From NCBI GenBank assembly GCA_963759415.1, contig CAVWZG010000004.1, positions 327,842 through 391,841 on the forward strand: a stretch of DNA of 64,000 nt, given 5' to 3'. Positions within the stretch are counted from its first letter, which is position 1. The number at the start of each line of letters is the position of its first letter. A program made the position numbers and the translations under genes. A model generated the notes under the pieces. That model was not told the DNA's origin. It saw only the letters and a list, made by a program, of their open reading frames with translations, and searched no databases. Source of the DNA: an uncultured Verrucomicrobiae bacterium. Lineage in GTDB: Bacteria > Verrucomicrobiota > Verrucomicrobiia > Limisphaerales > Palsa-1400. Below are positions 35,018 to 44,801 of the stretch, piece after piece.

Positions 35018-36584
35018 AAATGGCGGAGAGGGTTTTTGGCTTTTCTGCCACGGCTTCCCTGCCCCAATGGTACTCGGCGTGGGTTGGGTAAATTTCCGTC
35101 ACGCCGATTAGATCGTAGCAGAGACCGGGGTATTGATGAATCCAGTTGAAGAGTGTGGGGTCGCCGCTGGCCCAGGTCATCCAGGAAGTTTGCATGTTCA
35201 CCAGGACCAAATATTCCGGTTTGTCCGTTTCGACGTCGTGAATAAATTCCCGCTGCATGGCCTGTTCATAAGGCTGGGGTTCAACCAAATCGTACATATA
35301 TATATAGCCGCTGGCTGAATGGCGTTGGGTGTAGAAATAGATTTCCGGCTCCGATCCGATCACGGCAATGCGGTCGCGCGGCGACGAGTGCTCCCGGATG
35401 AATTGCCCGATCTGAACGCATTCCACGAATGGGCAGTCGGGGTAAAGATCGGAGCAGGCGATGTCCGGCGGCAGATTAAACCAAATCGGCCCGTTGTGGT
35501 GGACCACGGCGGCGCAAAGCCCGATGAACAGCCCGGCGGGAAGAAATCGCAAAACGGGAAACCGGGTGCGGGCCAGCAGGCCGGCAAAGGCCGGAATGGC
35601 CCAGCCGAGCAGGAGGCTGATGACCGGCAGCATGACCACAAGGTAATGGCGGGCCATGTAACGTCCGATCAAACAGGCCGCGACGGAACAGAACAGAAAT
35701 GCTGTAAAGAATAATTTATTCTCCCCTTCCCCTTTGCGGGACAACAGCCAAAGCCAACCGGCAGCACCCATCAGAAACAGCCACGGCTCGAAGCCGTAGG
35801 AAAAAATTTCCGCAAGGCGATGCCATACGAACGTGGCGGGCAGCAATCCCGCATGCACCCGCGCATAAGAAACGGTCCAAAACCAAAAGCGGCCAAAGGT
35901 CCCCGCCCGCCACAAGAGCAGGCAGGTCACGGCCAGCGGCGTTATCAGGCCGGCGGAAAACAAAAGCAGCTTGCCGAGAAATGAGCGCCATGGCGCTGCT
36001 CCCGCCGCCCAACCGTCGCGGACGAGCAGCACGCAGGCAAAAAGCCCGAAGAAAAGCCCGGGTTGTTTGCACAGGAAAGAAAGGCCGAAGAGCAGCCCGC
36101 TGAAAAAGAGCGTCGTCCGGCGTTCGCCGTTTTCGCGCGCCCGCAGCAGCAACAACAAGCCGCCGAGGGCGAGAAGCGTGACCAGGTGCGTTGCGTGCGC
36201 CTGCAATCCGAGCACCGCCGAACTGAGCGAGAGCAGAACGTAAGCGGCGCAGCAGACCAGCACACCAGGCGCATCGAGCAACCGGCGGGCCAGGAAATAT
36301 AGCAGGGCCAGATTGCCCAGGTTGATGAAGAGAAAACCCAGATGAATGCCGGACGGACTCTGGCCGAAGAGCGCCATGATAAGGGCGTAGGCCGCATAGA
36401 TGCCGGGCATCTTGATGTTGAAGGCAAGCTGGTACGGGGGAATGCCCTGGAGCATGAGTTGGCCCATATAGGCGAATTCCCCTTCGTCCCGTTCCAGAGG
36501 CATCGAGAGCAGGCGAAGGCGAACGCACACCGCCATCAACACCAGCAGGATCAAACACGCGCTCCAGGCTTTGCGATGGTTCAT
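34998..36584 (-). CDS. GT-C fold membrane glycosyltransferase (ArnT/PMT-like, GT39/GT83-type)
   Basis: 528 aa. First-loop acidic motif PLERDEGEFAYMG, more than 10 hydrophobic spans, then a soluble C-terminal domain. Family call by architecture. Confidence 0.6.
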   Translation of the reverse strand: MNHRKAWSACLILLVLMAVCVRLRLLSMPLERDEGEFAYMGQLMLQGIPPYQLAFNIKMPGIYAAYALIMALFGQSPSGIHLGFLFINLGNLALLYFLARRLLDAPGVLVCCAAYVLLSLSSAVLGLQAHATHLVTLLALGGLLLLLRARENGERRTTLFFSGLLFGLSFLCKQPGLFFGLFACVLLVRDGWAAGAAPWRSFLGKLLLFSAGLITPLAVTCLLLWRAGTFGRFWFWTVSYARVHAGLLPATFVWHRLAEIFSYGFEPWLFLMGAAGWLWLLSRKGEGENKLFFTAFLFCSVAACLIGRYMARHYLVVMLPVISLLLGWAIPAFAGLLARTRFPVLRFLPAGLFIGLCAAVVHHNGPIWFNLPPDIACSDLYPDCPFVECVQIGQFIREHSSPRDRIAVIGSEPEIYFYTQRHSASGYIYMYDLVEPQPYEQAMQREFIHDVETDKPEYLVLVNMQTSWMTWASGDPTLFNWIHQYPGLCYDLIGVTEIYPTHAEYHWGREAVAEKPKTLSAIFTYKRR

Positions 36585-36671
36585 TGCTGATAAAATGTGA
36601 AATTATCGGAAACTATCATGGAAATCAACGACTTACGACTGGGGCGAGGAGTTAGTGGTTAGTGGTTAGTG

Positions 36672-37410
36672 GTAGAGTAGGCAGGAGAGGTCGGGTTGAA
36701 AGGCGCAATGGCCAATGACCGACTCCCTCCCGCCCCTCATCGAACCGAACGGACGGGTTTCCCATATTCGGCTCTCCGAGTCCGGTTCGATTTCCGCCTT
36801 TGGGGCGCGAACCAAAGTCAGGGTTGATGAGGTTGACCTCGTGGCGGCGTATCTCCTTGCGGAGCCATCGGCCACCGTCTCTCCTGACTTCCGAACAAGT
36901 ATCCCGCCTTCGCTCCACTCCCATTACGGGAGCTTCTTCGCTACTATGGGGGACTCCGACTTCTCCGACGGCCCCGCCCGCCTGGCTGGTCCTGCCAGCT
37001 TGGGCGTGCGGTTGGGCTTGCGGCCCGCCGCCGGAGTTCTCCCAGCTTACCTTGATTGAACTTCCAGACGTGCCATCCACGCCGACCCCGCCGGAGCGTT
37101 GAGAAGACTCTGACTGTTGCCCTGTCTCCTCCCTGCGGCCTTCGCCGGTCACACAGCGGCTCGGCTTCTCTCCGGTTCTGCACTTATCGAGGCTCATTAG
37201 ATGTGGTTCACTTTCGTTATGGCCCATCTGTTCATCTTCCTCAGCTTCCAACCCCGCCTCGCGGCGACGCTGTTGAGGTCGTGTTCCGCCGTGAACAGCC
37301 TAACTCGGCGGGCGGGACTTTCACCCGCGTTCCAACCAACTTCGCTGGCGCAACGTGCGACGGGGTGCGACTTGGGCAGAATAGGGCCAAAAAGACAAAC
37401 GCGGACGCAC
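36672..37410 (-). mobile_element. ORF-less group II intron (about 739 nt); the 3' boundary is well supported, the 5' boundary provisional
   Basis: Domain V on the minus strand (36774->36742) reads GAGCCGAAUAUGGGAAACCCGUCCGUUCGGUUC, with the AGC triad, a 9-bp lower helix, a 2-nt bulge and a GAAA-type loop. The DVI helix has an unpaired A 7 nt before the end ...CCUACUCUAC (last nt 36672). Nt 36672-36779 are identical to 63675-63782. A short hairpin sits where the DIV ORF would be. GUGCG at 37410-37406 is the only canonical 5' consensus upstream. No credible ORF lies inside. Confidence 0.55.
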
Positions 37411-37764
37411 AGGCTTCCGCCTTCGCCAAGCCTCGGCAGACAGGACGGTGCGACAAGCACGCCTGGCTGCAAACTTTCAAATAACACAGGCGTTGGACGC
37501 CACATCATTGCACAATACCATCGTTAGATGGGAACGCAACATATATATTTAATAACTTTAACGATCTGCCTGCGGTCTCGCCCAAAAGGTGGCGCAACGG
37601 CGGACGACGGATTCCGCCGGCGCGACGCCGACGGCAGCGGGCGGGACGACCGCGCTCCCGGAGAAGCCGCCAATGATTGGAGTAAGGTATTTTTCCTGGC
37701 GATTTTCCTTGCGTTAGCCACAAGAAACCTTGAGTATTCACAATTAACAATTGGAGGAAGAACC

Positions 37765-40489
37765 ATGAAATCAACCCTAAGCGCGCGCCGAAGGATTCTT
37801 AAGTTCAAAATTGGGCTGGCGCTGTTGCTGCCCGGATTGACAATATTAAACGCGTCCCAACTGCCTGGGGGGTTCAGCCAGATTGACATGCAGTGCGGAG
37901 GCTATTACACGGCGATCGTGCAGCATCGGAGCGGACGCTTGTACGGGCGCACCGATGGAGGGGGAGTGTATCTGAGCGACAATGGCGGCTTCAAGTGGAC
38001 CTACCTGAGCGGCGATATGTACCTGGTACGCCTCGATGTGCGTGGCAGGCATTGCGGTGCCGCAAGGCCCCACCTCCAGTTCCAATGTGCTGATACAGGT
38101 GGTAGGCTCCAGCGCCTGGCAATCGGACACAAATTGCGGCATCTGGCTGACGACCAATGCCGGGGCAACGTGGACGCAAACGAAGAACCACCTCATGTTT
38201 TGGGGAAACGGCAGCGAACGGGTTGGAGGCGAGCCAGTGATCTTCAATCCAGGCAATGACTTGGAGGTTTGGGCGGGGACCCACACGAACGGGTTGTGGG
38301 AATCGGTGGACGGCGGCAACAGTTGGTCGCAGGTGGCGGCGGTAGCGAACTCGAACATCATTGCCTCGATGTATATCCATCCGTCCCATCCCGACAACAT
38401 CTGGATGGCGGGAGACGGCGGCGTGTGGGTATCAACCAATCATGGCGCCAACTGGTCCGCCGTCTATACTTCTCCCACGGCTGTTATCTACAAGGTGACC
38501 GGGGCGCCGGATGGGACGATCTATTTCGGGGGAAATACCGGATCGTCAACGCACGTGCTGCAGAAGGTCACGACCGCGAACTGGGGCAATCCGTCCAGTT
38601 ACGTTTTGACCGACTTGACAGCGGCTTACGGCAACGATACCGACGCGCTGAGTTGTGTGACGGTTTTGCGCAACGGGTGGGTGGTGGCGTCCGATTACGG
38701 CCTCTGCAAGATAAGCACCAACGGGGGCACAAACTTCAGCAACGTGGGCAAGGCGCTTGTGCCCGGCACCCTCGTGCCGCAATGGATCAGCCCCGGCAAG
38801 ACGGTGGTGTATCTACCCACCTGCCTGGTCCAGGACGTCTTCGCCACAAACACCTGGTATAGCAGTTTTGGCTGGGGTGCGGCGCGCACCGATGACGGGG
38901 GGCAGACCTGGCAGTACACCGTCAATGGCGTTGGGGAGGTTTGCACCGTTAAAGTCGGTTTTCATCCCACGGACCCGAACCGCATTGGGCTAACCTGCGG
39001 TGATGTCGGGGGCGCGATTGTGACCGACGGCGGACTGAGCGGCAATACGGTGTGCATGATCAAGTCGCAACCAGTTTTCTCGGCTGACGGCATGGAGTTT
39101 TCGCATCGCGCGTTGATCTCGTCCAATAACGGGGTCAACCGCTATATCTTCCTTGGCGCGGAGGAATACAACAACCGACCGCGCATCTACGCCACGACCA
39201 ACGATGGGACGAGCTGGTATTATCCGGGGATGGTTGGATTGCCAACCAACACCAACGGGGCGTGCATCGTTGAGGGGGTGGCTTCGCCGGACAACCCGGA
39301 TGATTATCTGGTCGTTTGCGGCGGACCCGGGGGCACAAACCAGGGCGGCGTCTATCGGACGATCAATGGGGGAAATTCTTTTACTCAATGCAACTGGTAC
39401 CCCAACAACACCGACAGCCTGGGCAACGGCGCTTACTGGTTTGTGTGGCTGGACGCGGACGCCACCAACATGAACGTTCGCTATCTGTTCGGGCACGTCA
39501 CTTTTCCATCGAATCCAACGATATCACCCTATACCAATACGGGCGGCGGTTTCTTCGTTTCCTATGATCGCGGGGTAAACTGGACGCAACTGACCGGCTC
39601 CAGTAGCACCGGCGCATTGATACCGGGCGATTGGAGTGACTGGACTGGGCAGATGTCGGCTGATCACGGCGTGAGCGGCAGTATTTGGGTGGCGCTACAG
39701 ACGTCTTCGGGGACGCATGGCCTGGCCCACAGCTACAACGGGGGCACCAATTTTTACGCTGTCCCAGGCTTTGTCAACGCAAAAGCCGTCGATGCGTTCA
39801 GCAACAACGTGGCCGTTTATGGGGCGATGACGGGCGACGGATGGATGAAGATTTATTACTCGACCAACAACGGCACCAATTTCAGCGAAGTAACAACGAA
39901 CGGCTACCGCTGCGGCAATACCGTGGCCTTGGCGCTGGACCCGCACCGGCCGGGACGCATTTTTGCCGGCACGCAGGAGCGTTCCGTAACCATTTTCACT
40001 CCCGGCACGCCGGTGCAGCAGTGGCGGATGAATTACTTCCTGACCACGAGCAACGCTGGATCAGCCGCCAACTGGGCCGATCCCAATGGGAACGGCGTTC
40101 CGAACTTGGTGGAGTACGCGCTAGGCGGCGATCCAATGGCGGGAGCCAAGGGTGATCCGCTAGGCTCCTTTTCGAGCAATGCCAGCAGCTATTTGCCCTG
40201 CGCTACCATCTCCACCAACCCGCCGCTGGCGGGCCAACCGGCGCTGCGCCTCAATTTGCCCGATCCGCCTCCAAGCGACATCAAGTTGCAAGTGCTCAGT
40301 TCCAGCGACCTGGTGACCTGGAGCACCAACGCGACGCGGACCGGCACCAATGCCTGGCAATGGCTGGGGAGCGGTTCATCGTTGGTGGCGCCGGGATTGG
40401 ACACAAATGGGCGGGCCATTTTTGACCTTGGCACGCCGGCGGGAAGCTGGAGCGGGCAGTTCCAACGTCTTCAAGTGATTACGAATTAG
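37765..40489 (+). CDS. Secreted BNR/Asp-box repeat beta-propeller protein (GH74/sialidase-like fold), with one frameshift near 38009-38030 in this sequence
   Basis: ATG 37765 follows GGAGGAAG. Signal peptide MKSTLSARRRILKFKIGLALLLPGLTILNA. At least 9 Asp-box-like motifs (TTNAGATWT, SVDGGNSWS, STNHGANWS, TDDGGQTWQ, TNDGTSWY, TINGGNSFT, SYDRGVNWT, SYNGGTNFY, STNNGTNFS). The frame changes from ORF 37528-38259 to ORF 38036-40489. The tail contains DPNGNGVPNLVEYALGGDP. Confidence 0.7.
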
Positions 40490-40649
40490 TCTTGCGTGGT
40501 TGGACAAAACGATCTGCTACCTGGCCGAGCGGAGGAAGTGGCGGAGCTTGAAGCGCACTGCGGATGAATGGCATCCGAAAAGATCGCTAATAATTAGCAG
40601 GAGCGACCGCCGCAACCAAAGCGAAGGAGGACCAGGCACGGAAATCATG

Positions 40650-40728
40650 GGCAGGGGAATAACTGGCAGAGGAATGGGAAGAAGAACGAAGAACTTGAAG
40701 TCTTATTCCTCTGCCACTCATTCGCTCG
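40650..40728. repeat. Double-hairpin repeat element built from GGCAGAGGAAT units (copy 2)
   Basis: GGCAGGGGAAT at 40650-40660 and TGGCAGAGGAAT at 40664-40675 face ATTCCTCTGCCA at 40705-40716 and ATTCGCTCG at 40720-40728. Same layout as 14636-14711. Confidence 0.6.
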
Positions 40729-40835
40729 ATTCATTTCTTTCCCCGAGTTCTGAAAGGATTTGGTTTTTCCAAGAACTTGAATTGATCAGCCGGCAACATA
40801 GGTAGAGCGGGATTCTGACCGTTTTCCAAGAAAGA

Positions 40836-40910
40836 TGGCGACCCTGAGGGGAATCGAACCCCTGCTACCGCCGTGAAAGGGCAGTGTCCTAACCGCTAGA
40901 CGACAGGGTC
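40836..40910 (-). tRNA. tRNA-Glu (anticodon UUC), CCA encoded
   Basis: The minus strand reads GACCCTG TC GTCT AGCGGTTAGGACA CTGCC CTTTCAC GGCGG TAGC AGGGG TTCGATT CCCCT CAGGGTC G CCA. Anticodon loop CT-TTC-AC. Confidence 0.85.
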
Positions 40911-40947
40911 GGCCAAATGTGCGTGCAATATAAGCGTCTTCTCCGCC

Positions 40948-42456
40948 ATGTCACGCCGAAATTGTAAAAATGCGGGCTGGCTTGGGAAGAGAAGGAATTT
41001 GGGCGGCGGAGCACCGCCGACCCTACCTTGCAGCCTGGCAGAGGAAGGGCTTGGTTGGGCGGGGGGGTTCTGCTATGGTGTTGGTGTGACTGGCAAAGAC
41101 CTGTTTTCCAACGGGCCGGAAACGGCGGCGGCGGCGGGGACGGCCGGGGAAGAATTGAAATCCTTCGCCTCTGAGCCGCTGGCGGCGCGCATGAGGCCCC
41201 GGAACCTGGATGAGTTCGTCGGACAAAAACATGTCCTGGCCGCGGGACAATTGCTGCGGCGCGCCATCGAGGCGGACCGCATCCAGTCGCTCATTTTTTA
41301 TGGGCCGCCGGGAACCGGGAAGACTTCGCTGGCGCACATCATCGCCCGGCACACGCGCAGCAAGTTTGACCGCCTGAGCGGGGTGGATTCCAATGTAGCC
41401 GACATGCGCCAGGTGCTGGCGGCGGCGGCCAACCGCCTGGAAAACACGGGCCATTCCACCATCCTGTTTATCGACGAGATTCACCGCTTCAACAAGGCGC
41501 AACAGGACGTGTTGCTGCCGGATGTCGAGAGCGGGGTGGTGCGGTTGATCGGCGCGACGACGCATAATCCCTTTTTCTTTGTCAATTCGCCGCTGGTGTC
41601 GCGCTCGCAGATTTTCGAGCTGCAGCCGCTGACGGAGGAGGATTTGCTGGAGTTGCTGCGGCGCGCCTTGACGGACGCGGAACGGGGTTTGGGCCATCTG
41701 GCCATCCAGGCGGACGAGGCGGCCTTGCGCCATCTGGCCAAAATGGCCGACGGCGACGCGCGCAAGGCATTGAATTCGCTTGAAATCGCGGCGTTGACGA
41801 CCCCGCCCGGCGGCGATGGGGTCATGCATATCGATCTTCCCACGGCCGAGCAGTGCATCCAGAAGAAGGCGGTCGTTTATGACGCGGAGGGGGACGCGCA
41901 TCATGACACGATCTCGGCCTTCATTAAATCGATGCGCGGGGGCGACGTGGACGCGGCGGTGTATTGGCTGGCCAAGATGATTCATGCCGGCGAGGACCCG
42001 CGCTTTATCACCCGACGAATACTTATTTGCGCGGCGGAGGACGTGGGGTTGGCGGACCCGATGGCGCTGGTGCTGGCGGCGGCGGCGCATCAGGCGGCGG
42101 AATTCGTGGGCTGGCCGGAGGCGCGCATTCCGATCGCGGAGGCCACGATATACATCGCCACGGCGAACAAGAGCAACAGCGCGTATCTGGCCATCGACGC
42201 GGCGCTGGAAGACGTGCGTTCGGGGCGGACCATCGCGGTGCCGCAACGGTTGCGCAGCGCCGCCTACACGGGGGCGGAGCGATTGGGGCACGGCGCGGAT
42301 TACAAGTACGCGCACGATTTTCCCGGCCATTTCGTGGCGCAGGATTACCTGGGCGTGTCGCGGCGCTATTACGAGGCGACGGAACAAGGCGCGGAGAAGA
42401 AAATCAAGGAACGCCTGGAAAAATGGCGCGCGCAAATCGAAGCCCTGCGCCCATGA
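40948..42456 (+). CDS. rarA: Replication-associated recombination protein A (AAA+ ATPase RarA/MgsA)
   Basis: LAARMRPRNLDEFVGQKHVLAAGQLLRRAI, Walker A FYGPPGTGKTSLA, ILFIDEIHRFNKAQQD, GATTHNPFF, C-terminal MgsA domain (YWLAKMIHAGEDPRFITRR). The start is uncertain; GTG 41086 is an alternative. Confidence 0.85.
   Translation: MSRRNCKNAGWLGKRRNLGGGAPPTLPCSLAEEGLGWAGGFCYGVGVTGKDLFSNGPETAAAAGTAGEELKSFASEPLAARMRPRNLDEFVGQKHVLAAGQLLRRAIEADRIQSLIFYGPPGTGKTSLAHIIARHTRSKFDRLSGVDSNVADMRQVLAAAANRLENTGHSTILFIDEIHRFNKAQQDVLLPDVESGVVRLIGATTHNPFFFVNSPLVSRSQIFELQPLTEEDLLELLRRALTDAERGLGHLAIQADEAALRHLAKMADGDARKALNSLEIAALTTPPGGDGVMHIDLPTAEQCIQKKAVVYDAEGDAHHDTISAFIKSMRGGDVDAAVYWLAKMIHAGEDPRFITRRILICAAEDVGLADPMALVLAAAAHQAAEFVGWPEARIPIAEATIYIATANKSNSAYLAIDAALEDVRSGRTIAVPQRLRSAAYTGAERLGHGADYKYAHDFPGHFVAQDYLGVSRRYYEATEQGAEKKIKERLEKWRAQIEALRP
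41001..41030. repeat. GC-rich REP-like palindrome (intact family member)
   Basis: GGGCGGCGG-AGCA-CCGCCGACCC followed by TACCTTG. Same family as the palindromes interrupted by the two IS copies and as 52368-52397. Confidence 0.55.
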
Positions 42457-43055
42457 ACCTGGAAGCCAATATTGACAAGGCGGAATGGCGCCGGCGATTT
42501 CGGGCCGGGTTGAAGGGCCTCTCAGCGGCGGAGCGGGAGCAGGCGTCGGCCGGCGCGCGGGATTTGTTGCGGCGGCAAACGGCCTGGCAGCGCGCCGAAG
42601 CCATTCTATTCTACGCCCCGATGGCCGGGGAACTGGATTTGACACCGCTGCTCGAAGAAGCGCTGCAAAGCGGCAAGGCGGTCGCGCTGCCTGGATTTGT
42701 CAGCGAAACGGGATCGTATCAGCCCTTCGCGATATCCGACTTCAAGCGGGATTGCGCGCCGGGGAAATTCGCGATTGCCGAGCCGGGGGCGCATTGTCCG
42801 GCCATGCCGTTAAAGCGTCTGGACTTGGTGCTGGTGCCTGGGTTAGGATTTGATGTGTCTGGACGCCGACTGGGCCGCGGCCGGGGATTCTACGACCGCT
42901 TGCTGGCCGGGATCGCCGGGGCCAAGTGCGGGGTGGCCTTCGAGCAGCAGGTCGTGGGGCACATTCCGGCGGAGAGACACGATGTGACCATGAACTTTAT
43001 TTTGACGCCGACACGCTGGTTGGAAGTGTCCAGGCAGACGGCAGTTCCATCATGA
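42453..43055 (+). CDS. 5-formyltetrahydrofolate cyclo-ligase (MTHFS)
   Basis: From ATG 42453 (ATGA overlap with the rarA stop): ...ILFYAPMAGELD..., LVLVPGLGFDVSGRRLGRGRGFYDRLL, the family signature. Confidence 0.8.
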   Translation: MNLEANIDKAEWRRRFRAGLKGLSAAEREQASAGARDLLRRQTAWQRAEAILFYAPMAGELDLTPLLEEALQSGKAVALPGFVSETGSYQPFAISDFKRDCAPGKFAIAEPGAHCPAMPLKRLDLVLVPGLGFDVSGRRLGRGRGFYDRLLAGIAGAKCGVAFEQQVVGHIPAERHDVTMNFILTPTRWLEVSRQTAVPS

Positions 43056-44620
43056 AGCCGCCCTTTGATCCAGGCGTGGCGATTTCCGTCATCATTGGTG
43101 TCGTCCTCTTTATCCTGGGTTATGTGCTGCGGTTGATACGTGACCATAGCCTGCGTTCCGGCTTGGAGCATCAAAGGAAGGAAATCCTGGAAAAGGCGCA
43201 ACTGGAAGTGGATGCGTTGACGCGCGACGCCCGGCTTGCCGCCAAGGAGGAAACGCTCAAGATGCGCGGCGAAATCGAGCAATTGGCCGTGGCTCGGCAA
43301 AAGGAAATCGCCGTCACCGAACAACGCCTGAGCACGCGGGAGGAATTGGTCAACGGCCAACTGGAGAACCTGGTTCACCAGGAGAAATCGCTCCGCGCCG
43401 ACCGCGAAGCGGTGCTGGCCAAAATGGCGGAAGTCGAGGCCCAACGGCAACAGGCCGAACAATTGGTGGCCCAGCGCCGGGTGGAGTTGGCGGACGTGGC
43501 CAAAATGAGCAGCAAGGAAGTGCGCGCCGCCTTTTTGAAACAGGTCGAGCAGGAAAGCATGCGCGACGCCATGCAGCTTTCGCAGCATATCCTCGACGAC
43601 GCCAAAGTCCGCGCCGAAGACCAGGCGCGCAGAATCCTCAGTCTGGCCATCCAGCGTTACGCGGGCCATCACAGCTTTGAAACTTCCACCGCCACTGTCA
43701 GCATTAAAGGCGAGGAGATGAAGGGCCGCATCATCGGGCGCGAGGGCCGCAACATCCGCGCTTTCGAGGCCGCCACGGGCGTCACGGTGCTGATCGATGA
43801 CACGCCCGGAGCGGTCGTTCTTTCCGGTTTTGATCCCGTGCGGCGGCAGATTGCGCGCGAAGCCATGGAACGGCTCATCCTGGACGGGCGCATCCATCCC
43901 GCGCGCATCGAGGAGGTCGTGGCCAGTGTTTCCCAGGAAATGGACCAAGCCATCCAACGCACGGGTGAGGAAGCGGTCATGAAACTGGGGCTGGCGCCCA
44001 TGCATGGCGAATTGATCAAGCTTCTGGGCCGCCTCCATTTCCGCCACAGCTTCGCCCAGAACATTCTCCAGCACTCGGTGGAAGTTGCGCATTTGTCGGG
44101 CCTGATGGCGGCCGAATTGCGGCTCGATGTCGCCACCGCCAAACGCTCCGGCCTTCTGCACGACGTCGGCAAAGCGGTCAATCACGAGATCGAGGGCGCG
44201 CACGCCATGGTGGGCGCAGACATCGCCAGACGCTACGGTGAATCGGAGGAAGTGGTCAACGCCGTGGCCTCGCATCATGGGGAAGTGCCGCATATCGGGC
44301 CTTACGGCATCCTGGTCAGCGCGGCCGATGCCATCAGCGCCTCGCGCCCGGGGGCGCGTTCGGAAACGGTGATGACTTATATTAAGCGGGTGGAGGACTT
44401 GGAACGGATTGGGCTGTCCTTCGCGGGGGTGGAGAAGTGTTTTGCGCTGCAAGCCGGACGCGAGCTGCGCGTGATGGTGCAACCCGGCCAGGTGACGGAC
44501 GAGCAATCCTACCTGCTGGCGCGCAACATCGCGCGCAAGATCGAGGAGGAATTGCAGTATCCGGGGCCGATCCGGGTCACGATAGTGCGGGAAACCCGTT
44601 GCGTGGAGTTCGCCAAATAG
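43052..44620 (+). CDS. rny: Ribonuclease Y
   Basis: N-terminal TM (VAISVIIGVVLFILGYVL), coiled coil, KH domain (GRIIGREGRNIRAFEAATGV), HD domain (HSVEVAHLSGLMAAEL...GLLHDVGKA). ATGA overlap with the MTHFS stop. Confidence 0.9.
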   Translation: MKPPFDPGVAISVIIGVVLFILGYVLRLIRDHSLRSGLEHQRKEILEKAQLEVDALTRDARLAAKEETLKMRGEIEQLAVARQKEIAVTEQRLSTREELVNGQLENLVHQEKSLRADREAVLAKMAEVEAQRQQAEQLVAQRRVELADVAKMSSKEVRAAFLKQVEQESMRDAMQLSQHILDDAKVRAEDQARRILSLAIQRYAGHHSFETSTATVSIKGEEMKGRIIGREGRNIRAFEAATGVTVLIDDTPGAVVLSGFDPVRRQIAREAMERLILDGRIHPARIEEVVASVSQEMDQAIQRTGEEAVMKLGLAPMHGELIKLLGRLHFRHSFAQNILQHSVEVAHLSGLMAAELRLDVATAKRSGLLHDVGKAVNHEIEGAHAMVGADIARRYGESEEVVNAVASHHGEVPHIGPYGILVSAADAISASRPGARSETVMTYIKRVEDLERIGLSFAGVEKCFALQAGRELRVMVQPGQVTDEQSYLLARNIARKIEEELQYPGPIRVTIVRETRCVEFAK

Positions 44621-44642
44621 CGGCGGCCACGAAAAAGGAGGC

Positions 44643-44801
44643 TTAACGGCCTTGGTTAATGGTGGAAGGCAGCGGGCCTTCCCAACCCTGCGGCGTATCC
44701 CACGGCAACGGAGAAACATCCGAATCCGTGGCGCAACCGGCCAAAAATCCCACGGCAGCCGCCAACACCAGGGCGCATAACATGGCGCGCAACAATTTCA
44801 T
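44643..44801 (-). CDS. Small putative lipoprotein
   Basis: From ATG 44801: MKLLRAMLCALVLAAAVGFLAGC (lipobox LAGC), 52 aa. Its start shares 1 nt with the upstream gene's stop. Confidence 0.4.
   Translation of the reverse strand: MKLLRAMLCALVLAAAVGFLAGCATDSDVSPLPWDTPQGWEGPLPSTINQGR

Noticed and set aside
36652-37251. A 199-aa ORF (and others) inside the 36.6-37.5 kb gap, and a 135-aa ORF at 63586-63993, share the peptide EPNMGNPSVRFDEGREGVGHWPLRLSTRPLLPTL.
   Set aside because: The shared peptide is simply the translation of the identical group II intron domain V/VI RNA. The rest of both ORFs is low-complexity, and the two are unrelated to each other.
36672-37410. Classifying the ORF-less intron as class C (IIC), because a small hairpin (AGGCUU...AAGCCU) directly precedes the putative 5' splice site.
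   Set aside because: At about 739 nt the ribozyme is much larger than typical IIC introns. The hairpin is weak (6 bp, 11-nt loop) and has no U-tract. The class is left unassigned.
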